In this document: piece after piece, positions 30,540-32,000 of the stretch
Layout of the letters: each line of letters opens with the position of its first letter
How positions within the stretch are numbered: position 1 is the stretch's first letter
Source: Candidatus Johnevansia muelleri
Lineage (GTDB): Bacteria > Pseudomonadota > Gammaproteobacteria > Johnevansiales > Johnevansiaceae
Direction: 5' to 3'
Assembly (NCBI GenBank): GCA_000953435.1
Contig: LM655252.1
Span: 240,001-272,000, forward strand
Length of the DNA stretch: 32,000 nt
Position numbers and translations under genes: made by a program
Notes under the pieces: model-generated
What the model was told of the DNA's origin: nothing
What the model saw: only the letters and a program-made list of their open reading frames with translations
The model's database searches: none

Positions 30540-31362
30540 TATAACCATCAAAAACTTTTTCTGCAGGACCTATAATATTAATATTATTTCCATTCCAACA
30601 TACATTTAATTTTCCACCAGGTAAATAAATATATACATTATTAGTTAATAATCCTCTACGTATTCCAGTAACGGCTGCTGCACAAGCAGCAGTACCACAA
30701 GCTAAAGTTTCACCTACTCCTCTTTCAAAAACACGCATAATAATTATATTACATGATATAATTTGTATAAAACTAACATTAACTTTTTTAGGAAAATATT
30801 TACTTATTTGTAATGCGTATCCTAATTCATTTAATGGTAATTTTTTTAAATTTTTAAATAATATAATAGAGTGTGGATTACCTATTGATACTACACTTAT
30901 ATAAATTTCAATATATATATTATTTATATAAATTTTAATTTTATGTATTAATTTATCTTTATATCTTAAAAAAGGAATATATAATGGATTAAAAATAGGA
31001 TTATCCATTTCTACTAATATATTTTTTTTTTTTTTTTTTAAAGTAATAATGTTATTTATAGTTTTTACTTTTATTTTTTTTTTATAAGTTAAATAGTTAT
31101 CAAAAATAAATTTAGCTAAACACCGAGATCCATTAACACAATTCTCTACTTCACTAGAATCATTATTAAATATTCTATAATTAAAATCAACATTAGATGA
31201 TTTAGACTTTTCTATAATTAACAACTGATCAAATCCTACTCCTAAATTTCTATCGGAAAATTTTTTTATAAATTTTGTAGTTAATGATATATTTTGTGTA
31301 ATAAGATCAATAACCATAAAATCATTACCTAATCCATGCATTTTACTAAAATATAATAACAT
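30526..31362 (-). CDS. dapF: Diaminopimelate epimerase
   Basis: 278 aa (E. coli 274). FSKMHGLGNDFMV, GVGFDQLL, the catalytic Cys contexts NGSRC and GETLACGTAACAAAV, SIGNPH, and the C-terminus DGYI. GGAG SD 5 nt upstream of the ATG, in the 21-nt lysA-dapF spacer. Confidence 0.95.
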   Translation of the reverse strand: MLLYFSKMHGLGNDFMVIDLITQNISLTTKFIKKFSDRNLGVGFDQLLIIEKSKSSNVDFNYRIFNNDSSEVENCVNGSRCLAKFIFDNYLTYKKKIKVKTINNIITLKKKKKNILVEMDNPIFNPLYIPFLRYKDKLIHKIKIYINNIYIEIYISVVSIGNPHSIILFKNLKKLPLNELGYALQISKYFPKKVNVSFIQIISCNIIIMRVFERGVGETLACGTAACAAAVTGIRRGLLTNNVYIYLPGGKLNVCWNGNNINIIGPAEKVFDGYINII

Positions 31363-31383
31363 TAGATCTCCATCTCAATTTAA

Positions 31384-32000
31384 TTAAAATTGTTCATAAT
31401 ATAATAATTTTTTTAATAATTCTTTTTTACGTATTAAATAAATTTCATTTTCTTCAACCATAATTTCTGAAGGACGAATTCTTGTATTATAATTTGAAGC
31501 CATAACAAATCCATAAGCACCTGCAGAACGAATAGCTAGATAATCTCCTTCAGTAATAGATAATAATCTTGATTTTCCTACAAAATCACTAGATTCACAA
31601 ATAGGACCTACTATATCATAATAAGCTTTTTTTCTAATAAATCCTTTATCATTATGTATACGTATATCTACTTGATCAATATTTTGCCAAGCATTATATA
31701 AAGATGGTCTTATTATATCGTTCATTCCTGCATCAATTATAGCAAATTTTTTTTTTTCATTTATTTTAATATATTCAATACGAGTTAATAATATCCCAGC
31801 ATCAGCAGCTATTGATCTACCTGGTTCAATAATTAAAGGAATATTAACAGTTTCTTTATTATTTAATTTATTTAATATTTTTTTTATATATAATTTTATT
31901 GGGGGAGGATATAGATTAAAATAATCTACACCTAATCCACCTCCTAAATTAATATGTTGAATTTTAATATTTTGTTTATTTTTTAAAATACTAATTAATT
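31384..32000 (-). CDS. lysA: Diaminopimelate decarboxylase, 3' part (5' end outside window)
   Basis: I checked codon by codon that the frame stays open on the minus strand from the window edge (first full codon 31998-31996) to TAA at 31384-31386. INLGGGLGVDY, EPGRSIAADAG, IDAGMNDIIRPSLY (E. coli VDAGFNDLMRPAMY), GPICESSD and GAYGFVMASNYN match E. coli LysA. The ORF track shows only the part after an internal Met (31725). Confidence 0.92.
   Translation of the reverse strand, partial: LISILKNKQNIKIQHINLGGGLGVDYFNLYPPPIKLYIKKILNKLNNKETVNIPLIIEPGRSIAADAGILLTRIEYIKINEKKKFAIIDAGMNDIIRPSLYNAWQNIDQVDIRIHNDKGFIRKKAYYDIVGPICESSDFVGKSRLLSITEGDYLAIRSAGAYGFVMASNYNTRIRPSEIMVEENEIYLIRKKELLKKLLYYEQF

Overview
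This window is extremely A+T-rich (by eye well under 25% G+C; not computed) and almost entirely coding. It looks like the chromosome of a highly reduced gammaproteobacterial (Enterobacterales-derived) insect endosymbiont. The supporting signs are a fused nuoCD, fragments of E. coli-like gene order, and the standard genetic code (TGA is a stop, TGG encodes Trp). I cannot name the organism.

Contents:
- 32 protein genes, two of them partial: atpA (3' end), atpG, atpD, atpC, argI, rpoZ, glyS, glyQ, rpiA, rlmE, ruvX/yqgF, ftsH, infB, rbfA, rpsO, fpr, trmB, the complete complex I operon nuoA-B-CD-E-F-G-H-I-J-K-L-M-N, dapF, and lysA (3' part).
- RNA genes: tRNA-Arg(CCG), tRNA-Leu(GAG), and one decayed tRNA-Arg copy.

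Gene junctions are very tight (4-nt ATGA overlaps, a TAATG overlap, 3-30 nt spacers).

I found no mobile element, CRISPR array, toxin or defence gene, or other accessory multi-gene cluster. I therefore do not claim a novel system here. What stands out is small-scale:
1. A 13-copy ~25-bp tandem array fills the atpA-atpG spacer inside the ATP synthase operon.
2. A degenerate direct duplication of the argI-3'-end/tRNA-Arg segment brackets an oppositely oriented rpoZ.
3. A 23-unit 12-nt in-frame repeat (NIKK/NIEN) lies in the N-terminal region of IF2.
4. The conserved rlmE...rpsO block is eroded, with folP, glmM, secG, metY, rimP, nusA, truB and pnp absent from their usual places.
5. Very long homopolymer runs (up to 18 nt) sit inside intact essential and biosynthetic genes.
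6. A 218-bp orphan spacer follows rpsO.

All homology calls come from my reading of the supplied translations against remembered E. coli proteins. No database search was run.
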